Shown in pieces: positions 13,930-25,412 of a DNA stretch of 47,637 nucleotides. Both the position numbers and the translations under genes were made by a program. Numbering within the stretch: position 1 is the stretch's first letter; each line of letters opens with the position of its first letter. Location: the NCBI RefSeq assembly GCF_001194135.2, contig NC_068986.1, positions 67,724,142 through 67,771,778 on the forward strand, in the 5' to 3' direction. The notes under the pieces are model-generated. The model was not told where the DNA came from. It did not search any database and was given only the letters and a program-made list of their open reading frames with translations. This stretch comes from Octopus bimaculoides (Eukaryota).

Positions 13930-14105
13930 TCTTGGCACAAGGCAAGCCGTTTTTGGAGGTGGGATTAAGTCGATTACCTCGACTCCATCGCATTTCGATC
14001 CCGAAAGAATGAAAGACAAAGTCGACGTCGGCGGAATTTGAACGCAGAACGTGAAGACGGAAAAAATGTCAAGACGAATTTTGTCCGGAGTGCCCACGGT
14101 TGTAA
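13930..14105 (-). mobile_element. Octopus-type SINE body, CpG-intact copy
   Basis: Reverse complement of the core gagttcaaatt...gtcgactttgcctttcatcc...gtcgataaa seen at 25258 and 29222. Confidence 0.8.
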
Positions 14106-14139
14106 TGATGGTGATAATGCAGCGTGTGAGAAAAATATT

Positions 14140-14755
14140 GGCTCCAAAGTTCAATGCTAGAAACATAGGTTCAGCAATAAACTCGCGCGCAGTCGCATTT
14201 GTTCGGTATCGCACTCGAATCCTGAAGTGAACAGGGGAGGAACTAAACGAGATCAACAGGGAAAAAAGAAAATTTCTAACGATGCAAGGAACTCATCATC
14301 CAAGTGGAGACACTGATACATGAAGAGAGCAAATGGAGGAAAGGGACTGATAAGTGTGGAAGACTCCGTACCTATCGAAATCGAGAGCTTAATGAGATAC
14401 CTAAACCAAAGTAAGGAAACCTTGCTAGTTCAGTTAAGAACGTGAGAGTATTGAGAGCAGAGAAAAAAGGAAAAATAAAGGAAGTACAAAAAGGACATGA
14501 AGAAGCATTACGCAACAAGGGACTACACAATCAATTCCATGTAACTACAGAAGACGTTGCTGGAAAACATTGGTAGGTTTGGCTGGAAAAAAGAAGCACT
14601 AAAAAAAAACTAAGAACACTATACTGGCAGCTCAAGACCAAGCTTTGGCCACGAATTGGAGGGTCAACCTTAGGAATGAGCAAGTGTCTCCGCTGTGCCG
14701 CATCTGTAATAGAGTGGATGAAACCATTGCCCATATCACGAGCGAATACCGAAGT
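14140..14755 (+). mobile_element. R4/Dong-like RLE non-LTR retrotransposon, post-RT region to zinc knuckle (decayed)
   Basis: SAINSRAVAFVRY, YMKRANGGKGLISVED, ILAAQDQALAT, PLCRICNRVDETIAHI (CCHC knuckle). Confidence 0.8.
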
Positions 14756-16022
14756 GAAGGAAATCAGCAAAAGATGAGCGACTGGAAGGTCCCGGGACCA
14801 GATGGAGTTCAAGGCTAATGGTTCAAAAGTTTTGGTGAATATTATGCACGAAGCGCTGCGCAACTCAACACCTTGTTAAATGCCGACCAAGTAATACCAG
14901 AGTTGTTGACATTGGATAGAGCAGTGTTGTGCTTGAAAAACATGGAAAAAGGCAATACAGTAGACAATTACAGGCCGATATCCTGTTTGCCACTTATATG
15001 GAAATTATTGACTGGAATACTCGCAGAGTCAATGTACAAATATATGGGAAAAAATGGAGTCCTACCACACGAGCAGAAGGGTTGAAACCGTAAGTGCAGA
15101 GGTACGAAGGATCAACTCCTGATAGACAAAACTGTACTTAGAGACTGCAAGAGGGGAAAAAATTAATTTAGCCATATGATGGATTGACTATAGTAAGGTG
15201 TACGATATGATCCCCACTCTCGGATGATGGAAAGTATAAACCTACTTGGTACTGCATCGAATGTTGAGCGATTGCTTGGAAAAAGTATGGCGAATTGGAG
15301 GACGGGCCTAACAGCATGCGGAAGAAGTTTAGAGACAGTAGAAATCAGGGGGGACATCTTCCAAGGGGACTGCCTGTCCCCACTGATCTTTGTGCTGTGT
15401 TTGATACTACTAACATTGATACTGAGGAAGGCAAAAGCTGGGTATGTATTCAAAAGCCGCCAACAAAATGTCGACCATTTTGTTATTCATGGATGACCTT
15501 AAACTTTATGGAAAAGATGAAGCCCCAGTCAGTTCCCTCGTTGATACGGTGTATACCTTCAGTACTGATATCAGAATGGAGTTCGGACTGAGAAAGTATG
15601 GTGTGTTAGTCTTGAAGAGAGGCAAAATCAAATGTATGGACGGGCTAGCGATACCGTCGGGGGAGGAATGTGAAGCAGATAGAAGAAACGGGCTATAAGT
15701 ACTTGGGGATTTTGGAAATGGACAAATTGATGCAGAAAGAAATTACAGAAAAATTTAAAGTGGAGTACTTTTGCAGACTGAGACTGATCCTTAAGTCGAA
15801 ATTAAACGGACGGAATACCGCCCAGGTGTATCAACACCTGGGCGGTTTCACTATTTAGATATGGATCAGGCGTAATCGCATGGAGAGTATACGAACTAAA
15901 CAGCTTAGACAGAAAGACAAGGAAGTTGCTAACTAGATATGGGACACTCCACTCAAAAGGTCACACAGACAGACTATATGTACCAAGAAATAGAGGTGGA
16001 AGAGGACTTATTGGATGCAGGA
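14755..16022 (+). mobile_element. R4/Dong-like reverse transcriptase domain (frameshifted)
   Basis: WKVPGPDGVQG, NYRPISCLPLIWKLLTGI, WIDYSKVYDMIPH, IFQGDCLSPLIF, LLFMDDLKLY, YKYLGILE, DRLYVPRNRGGRGL. Confidence 0.92.
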
Positions 16023-16024
16023 AG

Positions 16025-17478
16025 GGAGATTGTAGGTGTGACAAAATCTTTTGGTGTAATGTTTCTGTGTTATCATGTACTTCATTGATTCATCGTTTTT
16101 GTGCTTATTGCCATGTACTTTGTAATGTTAGTGTCTTTAATTTGTGTTTGTTTTTGTTGTTGCTGTTGGTGTTGTTGCTGTGTTTGTTGCAGCTGTTGTT
16201 GTTGTTGCTATTGTTGTTACTGTTGTTGTTGTTGTTGTGGTGGTGGTGGTGGTCGTCGTCGTCGTGGAGGTGGTGATTGTTGTTGTTGTGGCTGCGTGTG
16301 TGGGGTGACTTGTGTTTTAGGTGTTACAGAAGGTGGTGTCAATGCAGTGTTTCTTTTGGGTGTATTTGATATTGTTGCTTTGATCTTTTTCTTTCTCCAT
16401 ATGTGGATAAGGACTGTTGTTGTTCGTCCACATGATTCTTTTTCTTTCTATCTCTTTTGCGATTTATTTGCTTTTAACTTCCACTCCTTACCGCGATCCG
16501 ACGCTCCACCTGTGATGTCCACCCGCTCTGCATCGGGAAGGGGAACATCTCCGGGCTCTGAGAAGTGGTTGAGGAAACTCAGTGTTGGTATGGTTGTTGG
16601 TGTTAGTGGTGCCACGGCTGAACCAGATGATGGTTATCGTGCTGCTGGTGTTGTGCAGGAGTTCTGGTAGCCGTTATTGGTGTAGGGAAGGGAGTGCTCG
16701 TCTAGGGCAGAAGGCTTTTACATGGTTATTTGAAAAGCACATGTGGAACTTTGCTCTATTTCCATCTACCTTGACTGATATGATGCTGCATCCAGGAAGA
16801 AGTATCTGGTCCGAGCTGAGATCCATATTTTTTTGCATCGTTTGTATGAGGAGTTCTCCTTTTTGGTCTCATAGGTTTCGAGGATTTTCGAGTTTTCCTC
16901 GATGTCTATCGTCACCGCAGCAATTAGTAATAGAATGGCTATTTCCAGCGGCACCTTTTTAATTATGATTTTGGCCAGTCTCTGACTGTAGTAGAAATGA
17001 GCTAACAACAGCTCCTCGCTTTTGAGGGGATTCAGAGAGTGATGTTTGGCTACTTCCTCGGTGCGGAATCGAACGTCCACCTTTCCATAGGCCCTTCCTC
17101 TCTATATATATTCCTTTAGATTCCAGACGGTATTTAAAGCTTTTTTGTATTTGAGCCTCTGTAGCTCTTTCTACCCTCCTTGATTTGAAACCGATTGTAC
17201 GGTACGTCACTGTACGACGTATCGTAGTATACTGGATTGTCTCAGTGGGGGCATTTAACTTTACAGCTATTCCGTCTCTCTCGACTAGCTGTCTAATATT
17301 TTTAAGTTCCTCTTCGGAGAATTGTATTCTCAGAAGAGATGACTTGGCTGCTCCAGCGAAAGAAAGTTTAGAAGAGCTGTTCCAAGTCGTTGCACCGGTT
17401 TGTGTCTCGGCTCTTGCATTGTTTTTGTCGTTGTTGTTGCTTTTGTCGCTGCAAATCAATATGTCGCTACAAATCAAT
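16025..17478 (-). mobile_element. Decayed ORF1 (RRM-like region, CCHC knuckle, low-complexity tail) of a Tx1/L1-like LINE
   Basis: Minus strand: RTVTYRTIGFKSRR, YGKVDVRFRTEEVAK, RLAKIIIKKVPLEI, and VDGNRAK-F-HM-C-FSNN-H-VKAF-C (knuckle with first Cys lost), followed by a Q/P/T-rich tail. Several stops and frameshifts. Confidence 0.6.
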
Positions 17479-17479
17479 A

Positions 17480-18393
17480 TTACCTAACAACTATGAAGAA
17501 AAAGAAGAAACAACAAAAGCTATAAAGCAACTGAAATCCAAACTAAATCTGGAACAGCAAACGATCATGATAAATCCATGGCATGAAAAGCCTCTTCATG
17601 GCAAATACTGGGTTAAACTAAGCGCAAAAGAAATAGATAAAGCAAAATCTCAACAATGGCTGAGAAGCTCAGGACTCGAAGCAGCACAAGACCAAAGCCT
17701 CCCCACCAAAAACTTATTATGAAAAGAAACATAACAAGTAACTGCAGAATATGTGGAGATGGGAAGAAACAATAAATCATATTATCTCTGGCTGCCCAGT
17801 CCTGGCTAAGAAGGAATATATTCACAGACACGACAGAGCTGGGACCTACATACACTGGAAGCTTGGCAACACTATGGAATAACAACAGAAACAAGGTGGT
17901 ATCGGCACACACCAGAAAAGGTCACATAAAATGAGAACGCAACCATACATATGCCAATACACACAGACAGAGAAATTAAGGCGTATAGGCCGGATGTAGT
18001 TGTCAGAGATCACCAAGAAAAGAATACTTTCTAATTGATGCATCAATACCAGCAGATGACAAAGTTTCTCTAAAAGAAATGGAGTAACTTTCAAAATAAA
18101 CAACCTAGAAATAAAGGTAACTCGAATGTGGAGTCTAAAAACATAAACAATCTCTGTCATAATAGGCGTATTAGGTATGATAAAAAAAATTCAGACAAAT
18201 GCGTAACAAAACACCAGGACTAATAAATATAAAACTTACGGAAAATAGCACTACTAGGCACCGCACACATCCTATGTAAAACACTTTCAATACAGTAAAA
18301 ATAAGAGCATCATAACAAACCACAGCACATACTCAAAGCACACAGAGCTGCGCTCGGCAGTGCAGTGAAAACACGTGATAAAAATAAGAATAT

Positions 18394-18469
<76 letters not shown>

Positions 18470-18475
18470 CAATAA
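17480..18475 (+). mobile_element. 5'-truncated R4/Dong-like element: knuckle, RLE endonuclease, 3' UTR and (AAT)n tail
   Basis: WHEKPLHGKY, AAQDQSLPT, CRICGDG-EETINHIISGCP, RPDVVVRD (PD..D of RLE), VTRMW. Ends in a long (AAT)n run from about 18396. Confidence 0.9.
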
Positions 18476-18529
18476 ATAATACAATAAATACAATAAATAA
18501 ATAATAAATGCAATAAATAAATAATAAAA

Positions 18530-18906
18530 AATACAAAGACCTGGAAATAGAGGTAACTCGAATGTGAAATCTAAAAANNNNNNNNNNCAAAGACCTGGAA
18601 ATAGAAGTAACTCGAATGTGGAATCTAAAAACAGAAATAATTACTATCATAGTGGGAGCATTAGGTATGATAAAATAAATATTCAGACAAACAGATAACA
18701 AAAACACCAGGACTTACAAATATATATAACATACAGAAAATTGCACTACTGGGCACTGCACACATCCTACGCAAAGCACTTTCAATACAGTAACCATAAG
18801 AGCACCACAGCAAGCCACAGCACATACCCAAGGCACACAGAGCTGCGCTCGGTAGTGAAGTGAAAGCACGTTATAAAATTAGAACTACTAAATAATAATA
18901 ATAATG
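18530..18906 (+). mobile_element. Second, shorter 3' copy of the same R4/Dong-like family with (AAT)n tail
   Basis: KYKDLEIEVTRMW...IIVGALGMIK and a 3' UTR homologous to 18110-18400. Includes a 10-N gap at 18578-18587. Confidence 0.9.
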
Positions 18907-19075
18907 GCTTCAAATTTTGACACAAGACCATCAATTTTGGGGGAGGGGCAAGTCAATTACATTGACTCCAGTGCTCAGCTGATATTTATTTTATTGACCC
19001 CCAAAAAGATGAAAGGCAAAGTCAACCTTCGCAGAATTTGAACTCAGAATGTAAAGATGACTGAAATACCAGTGG
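18905..19075 (-). mobile_element. Octopus-type SINE body, CpG-decayed copy
   Basis: Aligns to 13930-14105 with CG to CA/TG changes. Confidence 0.8.
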
Positions 19076-19759
19076 TGGTGGTGGTGGTGGTTACTTTTAT
19101 TTGCCACAAGAGCATCTGATAAAGAACCATTATACTGATTTTCACAATTTGTGTGGGGGTTTACATAAAAAAAAACAAACAAGAAAGAAAGGAAGGAGAG
19201 ATATGGGGATAAAAATATGTGTAAATACATATATGATGTATTTCCTCTGATACAGGAGAGCCTCCAATAAGGAGCAACCAAGGAACCCCAAAAATCCAGG
19301 ATAACCAAGGTGACATGCCCTCACTCAGCTGTTGTTCTCAGTCAACCGGCACAGAATTAGAACAGTTCCTTCGTCCTTACCATTTGTATCACAGTCACCC
19401 ACCTTTTGAACAATTTACCGGTTGAGGAAATTATCCTCTCTGCTCTCACTTTCTTTTCCAAGCGGAGCTTAAGTTGGTGAGATTTACACCAAAATTGAGG
19501 GTGCCTGCCTTAAATCCTTCCAGCCTTGTTCACCATACAACCCTTTCACCATAGCTATCAGGCAGAGGAACACAATGCCCAGCCTTGCTACAGGTGGGTC
19601 GTGTGGTGATCCTCGTAATGGACTCTGGATCCACTCTACATGTAGCAATAGCTGTTTGACATAACTCCACACTCTCTATCTCTTGCTCTTTCCTAAATGC
19701 TATCAATTCATATTTAATTACCCTCTTCAGGGTGTTTGTAAGTTCAATTTCTGGTAGCA

Positions 19760-20015
19760 CATTGTGTCCTTGAGCAAGACACTCTATTTCACATTGTTCC
19801 AGTCTACTCAGCTGGCAAAAATGAGTTGTACCTATAATTCAAAGGTCTGGCCTTGCCACATTTTGTGTCATGCTGAATCTCCCAGAGAATTATGTTAAGA
19901 GTATGCATGTCTGTGGAGTGATCAGCCACTTACTTAAACAGGCTGTTCTGTCAATCAAATCATCTGGAACCCTCGTCATAACCAATGGAGTGCCAGTTTC
20001 AGGGTGCTTCATCAC
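19760..20015 (+). mobile_element. SINE fragment nested in the Tx1-like element
   Basis: Core gtgtccttgagcaagacactctatttcac shared with the SINE at 34255. Confidence 0.75.
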
Positions 20016-21090
20016 TGATTGTTGACAAGTGCCCTTGTCAACTGCTTCTTGACTAGCTTGCTAATCTAGTCTCTGTCATGTTTACACATTGGGAAAAATG
20101 CATTCAACTTCCCGTAGCAGGGAAGTCTTAAATCCATAAGTCTTAAATCAACTGTGCAGATCACAAACTTGTGGTCAGTATAGCCAACAAGTTTAAAATG
20201 TGGATACCCTTCACTATCTTTATCTGGTAATCTAATGAATACTCTACCTAGGTATGACCTAGGTGACCTATTGTGGTTGTTCCATCTTCACATTGGTACA
20301 TTTGAGAAATCCAGTTGTTATCTGTCTGACAATTGGAATTGTCTGAGTAGGTTTCCAAGGTTTTTGTGCCCCTTCTCCAGTGGGTAAGTCCTTCACAATC
20401 TTCTATCAGTAATAATGAGTAAGATGTTCCAGGGAAGATTTCTAGATGTGAAATGAATTTTAGCTGCCTTGTCCCAATGTATGCATAGCTGGCCACTAGT
20501 CTGAAGGTACTACCTTTACTATCATTCACATCCAGTACCACTGACTTATCTCTCAGATCCAAGAAGATTGCCTGTACCTCTAAACCTAATTCTTTCTTGA
20601 AAAGTACTGCTATGCTACTACTTAATCCCATCAGATCTCAAGATGAGTATGCCCTGGAGTTGTCAAAAATTGGGCCGAGTGCAAGCATTCCAGAAATTGT
20701 AGTTTTAGAAATGATTACCACAGCTATGTCTAGTGCTGTGGTCATTGAGCAAATGATCTGGCTTTGTGGTCCAAGCCCAGACCATGACATAAATGTATGT
20801 GGTCTGACCACATACCTTTGCATATTCTGCATTGAGTGACAGCATATCTACTGGGGAAAAGAGAGAGAGAGAGAGATAGAGGTTATTCATCTTTGTCATC
20901 AAAGATGACAGATGATCTGTATCCTTTTCTAGGAGAGTCACCCTTAAAAGACCAATGTAATAGAGTCTTTATTGTTTTTTTTTTTAAACCACACCACTTC
21001 CTGGGAAATTGTCCAAGACAGTAATATCAATTAGAAAATTACTATTCTTAAATGTCACAACGTGAGATATTCAGCAACAGTACTTTGTAG

Positions 21091-21372
21091 TAAAGATTGT
21101 TTGCCAACATAACATGGTAGTCCCAGTTTAGGACAAATGTTGCTGTAATTTAGCCAAACAATTATTCTGTGCTGATAAAGGGAAATAACCCAGAAATCGC
21201 GATACACAGATATTGTTTTGAGCTGAGTTGGGGTGCTAGATTCCCTTGTTCGAAAATATAAGGACACAGATCGTGTCGTATAGCCAGCTGGAGACGATGT
21301 CTCCTGGGGCTAAATTACAGCAACATTCGTCCTAAACCAGGACTGCCATCTTATGCTGGCAAACAATCTTTA
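21091..21372. mobile_element. MITE with about 65-bp TIRs and TA ends (Tc1/mariner-type)
   Basis: taaagattgtttgcc...gtaatttagcc (21091-21155) is the near-perfect reverse complement of 21308-21372. Confidence 0.9.
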
Positions 21373-22989
21373 GTAATATCAATGTCACTTGAAATTTTTA
21401 TTAATAATCTTAGGGTGTTTTGGGGATGAATCTCTCATGTACTTACTCTTCTGTTATTTTGTCTTTATAATGTTTTGCTATGTTGTCTATTAACTCAATG
21501 TTAGCTTCATTTATTTGATTAAGCTGATAATGTTTTCTGTATGTGTTTGGCTATATTTATTCTTACTGTTTTTGTTGACCTTTCTGTTGGCATTTTTGCT
21601 GTTGTTGAGCTTGTGTCTTTTCCTGTGTTGCTGTGCAGTGGGGAAACAATATAGTAGGCTTGCTGTGGTGATGAATGTGGTTTTAAGTATAGTTGTTCTC
21701 AGTATTGTGCTGGTATTATCAACTTTTCCTTTGTTTCTATATATACATTTACAAGTGATGGCTCTTCTGATTTTTCTTCTTCTCTGTCTTCCAAGGGAAG
21801 CATGATTAGGTCCCTCCTGACTACTGGTGCCTGATATTGAATTCCATGTTGTCTTCTACTAATAAGTCAGTCAGGTTTGCATTATGCTTGTAAACAATGG
21901 ACCTAATTTTGAGTTTATAGTAATTTATGCTGATGCATTGATGTTAATAATAATTTTTAGCATATGCATATAGTGACAAATTCATTGACTTCAACACTTA
22001 GCTGCTAATTATCATGCTGAAAGTGATGAAAATTAATTCAACCTTAGTGAAATTTGAATTTAGAGAATCATAAAGGGATCTTAAGAAATACCAGACAATT
22101 TGACCAGTACTATATTGTTACTGTCACACAATAACCCTCAACCTAATGATAATTATGATATTTAATTAAAAATAAACCGAACTACTTTTAGTAGTTCTAT
22201 ATTAATACTTTTATTGTCATCATGGTTATAATTGTTCTGAGTTTCAAGTTTAAAGCCAAAAGAGAAAGAAGATCTTTCTTTGAAGATTAAATCATAATTG
22301 AACAATCGTTCTCAGCAACCCTGGAAAATTGTTGTTCTGATCACATTTAAAAGGGAACGGTAATTCATACGGTGCATTGCAAAAATCAATTTGAACATTA
22401 ACGGGCTTCTTAGGATTTGCTTGAGATAATTCCCTGAGCAATAACTCGTCTAAATGTTTGAAGGCAGTCAAATAAATAAATAGATTGGTTTCTCATTCAG
22501 TTCTGTTAGTAAAAGGAAGTTGTGTGTACAAAACCATTAACACACTCCCATTTCAATAAACAACTGATGTAATGTTAGAAATAAATAATTTATCTATATA
22601 TGTATGCATATATGTCTATGTATGTATATAACCAATATTTGAGTGGGTTAGATGGTGATGGTTCATGTCCTGGTCAAGACATGACAATTAGTTTTCTGTG
22701 AGCTTCAATGACCAATAAATATCTATTATTTCAGGATGGCTGCAAGTAAACTGAAACTTGTCACTGCCAACCATTTCCTTGTAAAAATGAATAAACATGG
22801 TAGTCTACAGAAAAAAAGTATTGAGTTATCCTTCAATTTGGTGTTCAATTGTTTTTATATATAATTTTATATAAAGACAAACATTAATATCTACCTCTCT
22901 ATCTGTCTCTATCTATCTGTCTGTCTCTCTGTGTATGACAAAGGACTGGGATGATTGATGATATGCTGTGCTTGAGCAGACTTGTCTCA

Positions 22990-23620
22990 GCAAAAATAAG
23001 GTCCTGTCAATCCTACCCAGCACAACTCATCTTCTAGTATTTATCACTCCAATTTTCTAATCATGGTATTACTTCCCCAGGCACTGTAAATGATATTCAC
23101 TGTTGACCACACCTCCTTGTACCTCATTCACTGCTTCTACCTCAATCCCAACTCTAATCAGCTATCACACTCCTTTCACACTCTTGCAAACTTATCTACC
23201 CATCCAACCTTTCTACTCCTCTATCCCTCTTCTCTATCTTATATTTACTTTGTACCTTGAGGATATGCCCTCACCATCACTCTCTCTCTCTCTCTCTCTC
23301 CCTCTCTTTTTTCAACTGGGGTAATCATGTCGCTCCTTTTCAGCATTACACCTGTCCCTATCCCTCAATACTATACCCACACTCAGTTGAGGGGATCTTG
23401 TCTTGCGAGTTTCTTGGTGAGCTCACTCGTGCCAATGCCAAGAAAAGCATCCAATACACTCTGTAAAGTGGTTAGCATTAGGAAGAGCATCCAGCTCTAA
23501 AGCCATGGCAAAGAAGACTTTGGAGTTCATCACAGTCTTCTGGCTTGTTGAATCCTATTGAACTTGTCCAGTCCATGCAAACATGAAAAATGGATGTTAA
23601 ATGATAATGATGATTGTGAT
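22990..23620 (+). mobile_element. 3' end of a (GAT)n-tailed RTE-associated LINE/SINE
   Basis: gtgccaatgccaagaaaagcatcc...ggaagagcatccagc...gttaaatgataatgatg is homologous to 32362-32585 and 38497-38855. Confidence 0.65.
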
Positions 23621-23743
23621 GGTAATCAGGATATATAATATATATATTGATAAAAAAGACAACAAAAGAAAGAAAGAGACCTCAATATTATATAAATAGA
23701 GGAATTTATCTGTAAAAATATGTGACACTTATTCGGTAACCAT

Positions 23744-23804
23744 GATAAAACTACGAGTTTCAGATACCGGGGTGGAAACCCAGGCCGCCATCTCTTCAGC
23801 TATC
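23744..23804 (-). ncRNA. Candidate minimal type I hammerhead ribozyme, degenerate
   Basis: Minus: gatag CTGAAGA gatggcggcctgggtttccaccccggtatct GAAA ctcg TA gttttatc. Core boxes are present and stem II is plausible, but stem I starts with a G.G mismatch. Confidence 0.4.
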
Positions 23805-23840
23805 TGACCATATATATATATAAGACAAGGTATAAATAAT

Positions 23841-24053
23841 GGTCTTACATATTTTCCTTTATTGCAGTAAATTTGACTTACAGCTATTTCCAGTAGTCAT
23901 TATAAGTTTGTAGCATTAACTTTGCAGGTCATTCAATTTTTCTCAACCAATCAATGGACCAATTGAGTAAACCTATCAATAACAAACATATAATGACAAG
24001 TGGAACCAGCTGTTAGTCAAATTTACTGCAGTAAAGAAAAATATGTAATGACC
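23841..24053. mobile_element. MITE with about 45-bp TIRs
   Basis: ggtcttacatattttcctttattgcagtaaatttgacttacagct (23841-23885) versus its inverted copy at 24008-24053. Confidence 0.88.
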
Positions 24054-24281
24054 CTTATCTATACCTTGTCTTGTATATCACTCTGTGTAAAAACCAGTAT
24101 AACTGGAGCACACCCACAGATTTACAATATAGATTAGTAATGAACTGTAACCTCAGACCCTACCACAAGAATACGCAAAGTCCTTTACTAACGTAAATAA
24201 TATTATTAGCCTGGTGCACTAACAGAGAGCTTATAAAATATTTTGCCTGGATTGATAATCCCTCACTAATAACTCTGTTTG

Positions 24282-24335
<54 letters not shown>

Positions 24336-24834
24336 ATCTTAAAGAGAGTGTGTGAGTGAGAGAGAGAGACAGACAGACAGATGCACACACAACACAGCAT
24401 AAATCAGAAGAACTGAAAGGAATTTAAATATTACAAAGCCTCATTGTAGGTTAAATGAGAATGTAAACAGATTCTTTCTTTGGTATTCATGTGGCAAAAA
24501 GATGGAGGGAGCCACTTGATGGATTGCTTCATGGTATGCTGGCCACTACTAAAAGAAGTAATTAATTATGAACTACCAATAATACAAAAATGCTTTCTCT
24601 AATGCATTAATCTTATTTTGGACTGCTTCATAAGTGCTAATTTAGGAAAGAAGGTGAATTTGTCTTCTCTAAGAAGTAGTCAGCAAACTGTGAAATGGTC
24701 AACCAGGAGACTCACTCTCTCTTTTTCCACAAATCAGTTGCATAGAAAGAATATGGTTATATTGCCCACAATAAGGCTAGCATATTTGTTATATTTATTT
24801 ATTAACATATTTTTTTCATATATATATATATATA

Positions 24835-25185
24835 TATTGACTGTGTGGTAAGTAGCTGGCATGCCAACCACATGGTTCCAGGTTCAGTCCCACTGAGTGG
24901 ACTTGGTAGACGGAAACTGAAAGAAGCCCATCGTATATGTGTGTGTGTGTGTGTGTGTGCGTGTGTGTGTTTGTCCCCCCAACATCGCTTGACAACCGAT
25001 GCTGGTGCATTTACGTCCCCGTAACTTAGAGGTTCGTCAAAATAGACCACTAGAATAAGTACTAGGCTAACAAAGAATAAGTCCTGGAGTCGATTTGTTC
25101 GACTAAAGGCAGTGCTCCATCATGGCCGCAGTCAAATGACTGAAACAAGTAAAAGAATAAAAAAGAATAAAGAAGGAAAGAATAC
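24835..25185 (+). mobile_element. tRNA-headed SINE with internal (GT)n and A-rich tail
   Basis: Head gtgtggtaagtagc...ggttcagtcccactg (A/B-box-like), internal (GT)n, tail gaaacaagtaaaagaataaaa. Confidence 0.85.
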
Positions 25186-25257
25186 ATATTGAACATATAG
25201 ACTACATTGATCATATAATGTATGCACATTGGGAAAAATATTTAGAATCATTTTGTC

Positions 25258-25412
25258 TATCTTTACATTCCAAGTTCAAATTCCACCAAGGTCGACTTTG
25301 CTTTTCATCCTTTCAGGGTCAATGAAATAAGTACCTGTTGAGCATCGGGGCGGGGGCGATGTAATCAACTTAACCCCTCTCCTGAAATTGCTAGCCTTGT
25401 GCCAAAATTTGA
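25258..25412 (+). mobile_element. Octopus-type SINE body
   Basis: caagttcaaattccaccaaggtcgactttgcttttcatcctttcagggtc core. Confidence 0.85.

Larger units (their letters stand above)
19250..21900 (-). mobile_element. Decayed Tx1/L1-like LINE: probable ORF1 tail, APE endonuclease and ORF2 linker, interrupted by a SINE and a MITE
   Basis: Minus strand: DIAVVIISKTTISG (APE N-terminus), IAVLFKKEL, VVLDV...FRLVASYA, YLDRVF...VGYTDHKFVIC (APE C-terminal SDH-type motif) between 20800 and 20010. The ORF1 tail and linker assignments are weaker. Confidence 0.7.

Noticed and set aside
16101-16670. 189-aa Cys/Gly-rich ORF resembling metallothionein or keratin-associated protein
   Set aside because: It is the antisense reading of a (CAA)n/(CCA)n tract in a minus-strand LINE ORF1 remnant.
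18530-18620. Tandem duplication across the 10-N gap (likewise 37229-37365 and 44880-44980)
   Set aside because: Near-identical sequence on both sides of a 10-N gap is the signature of unmerged overlapping contigs.
22737-22870. Acceptor ttatttcag followed by ATG (MAASKLKLVTANHFLVKMNKH)
   Set aside because: Weak donor, short, no homology recognised.
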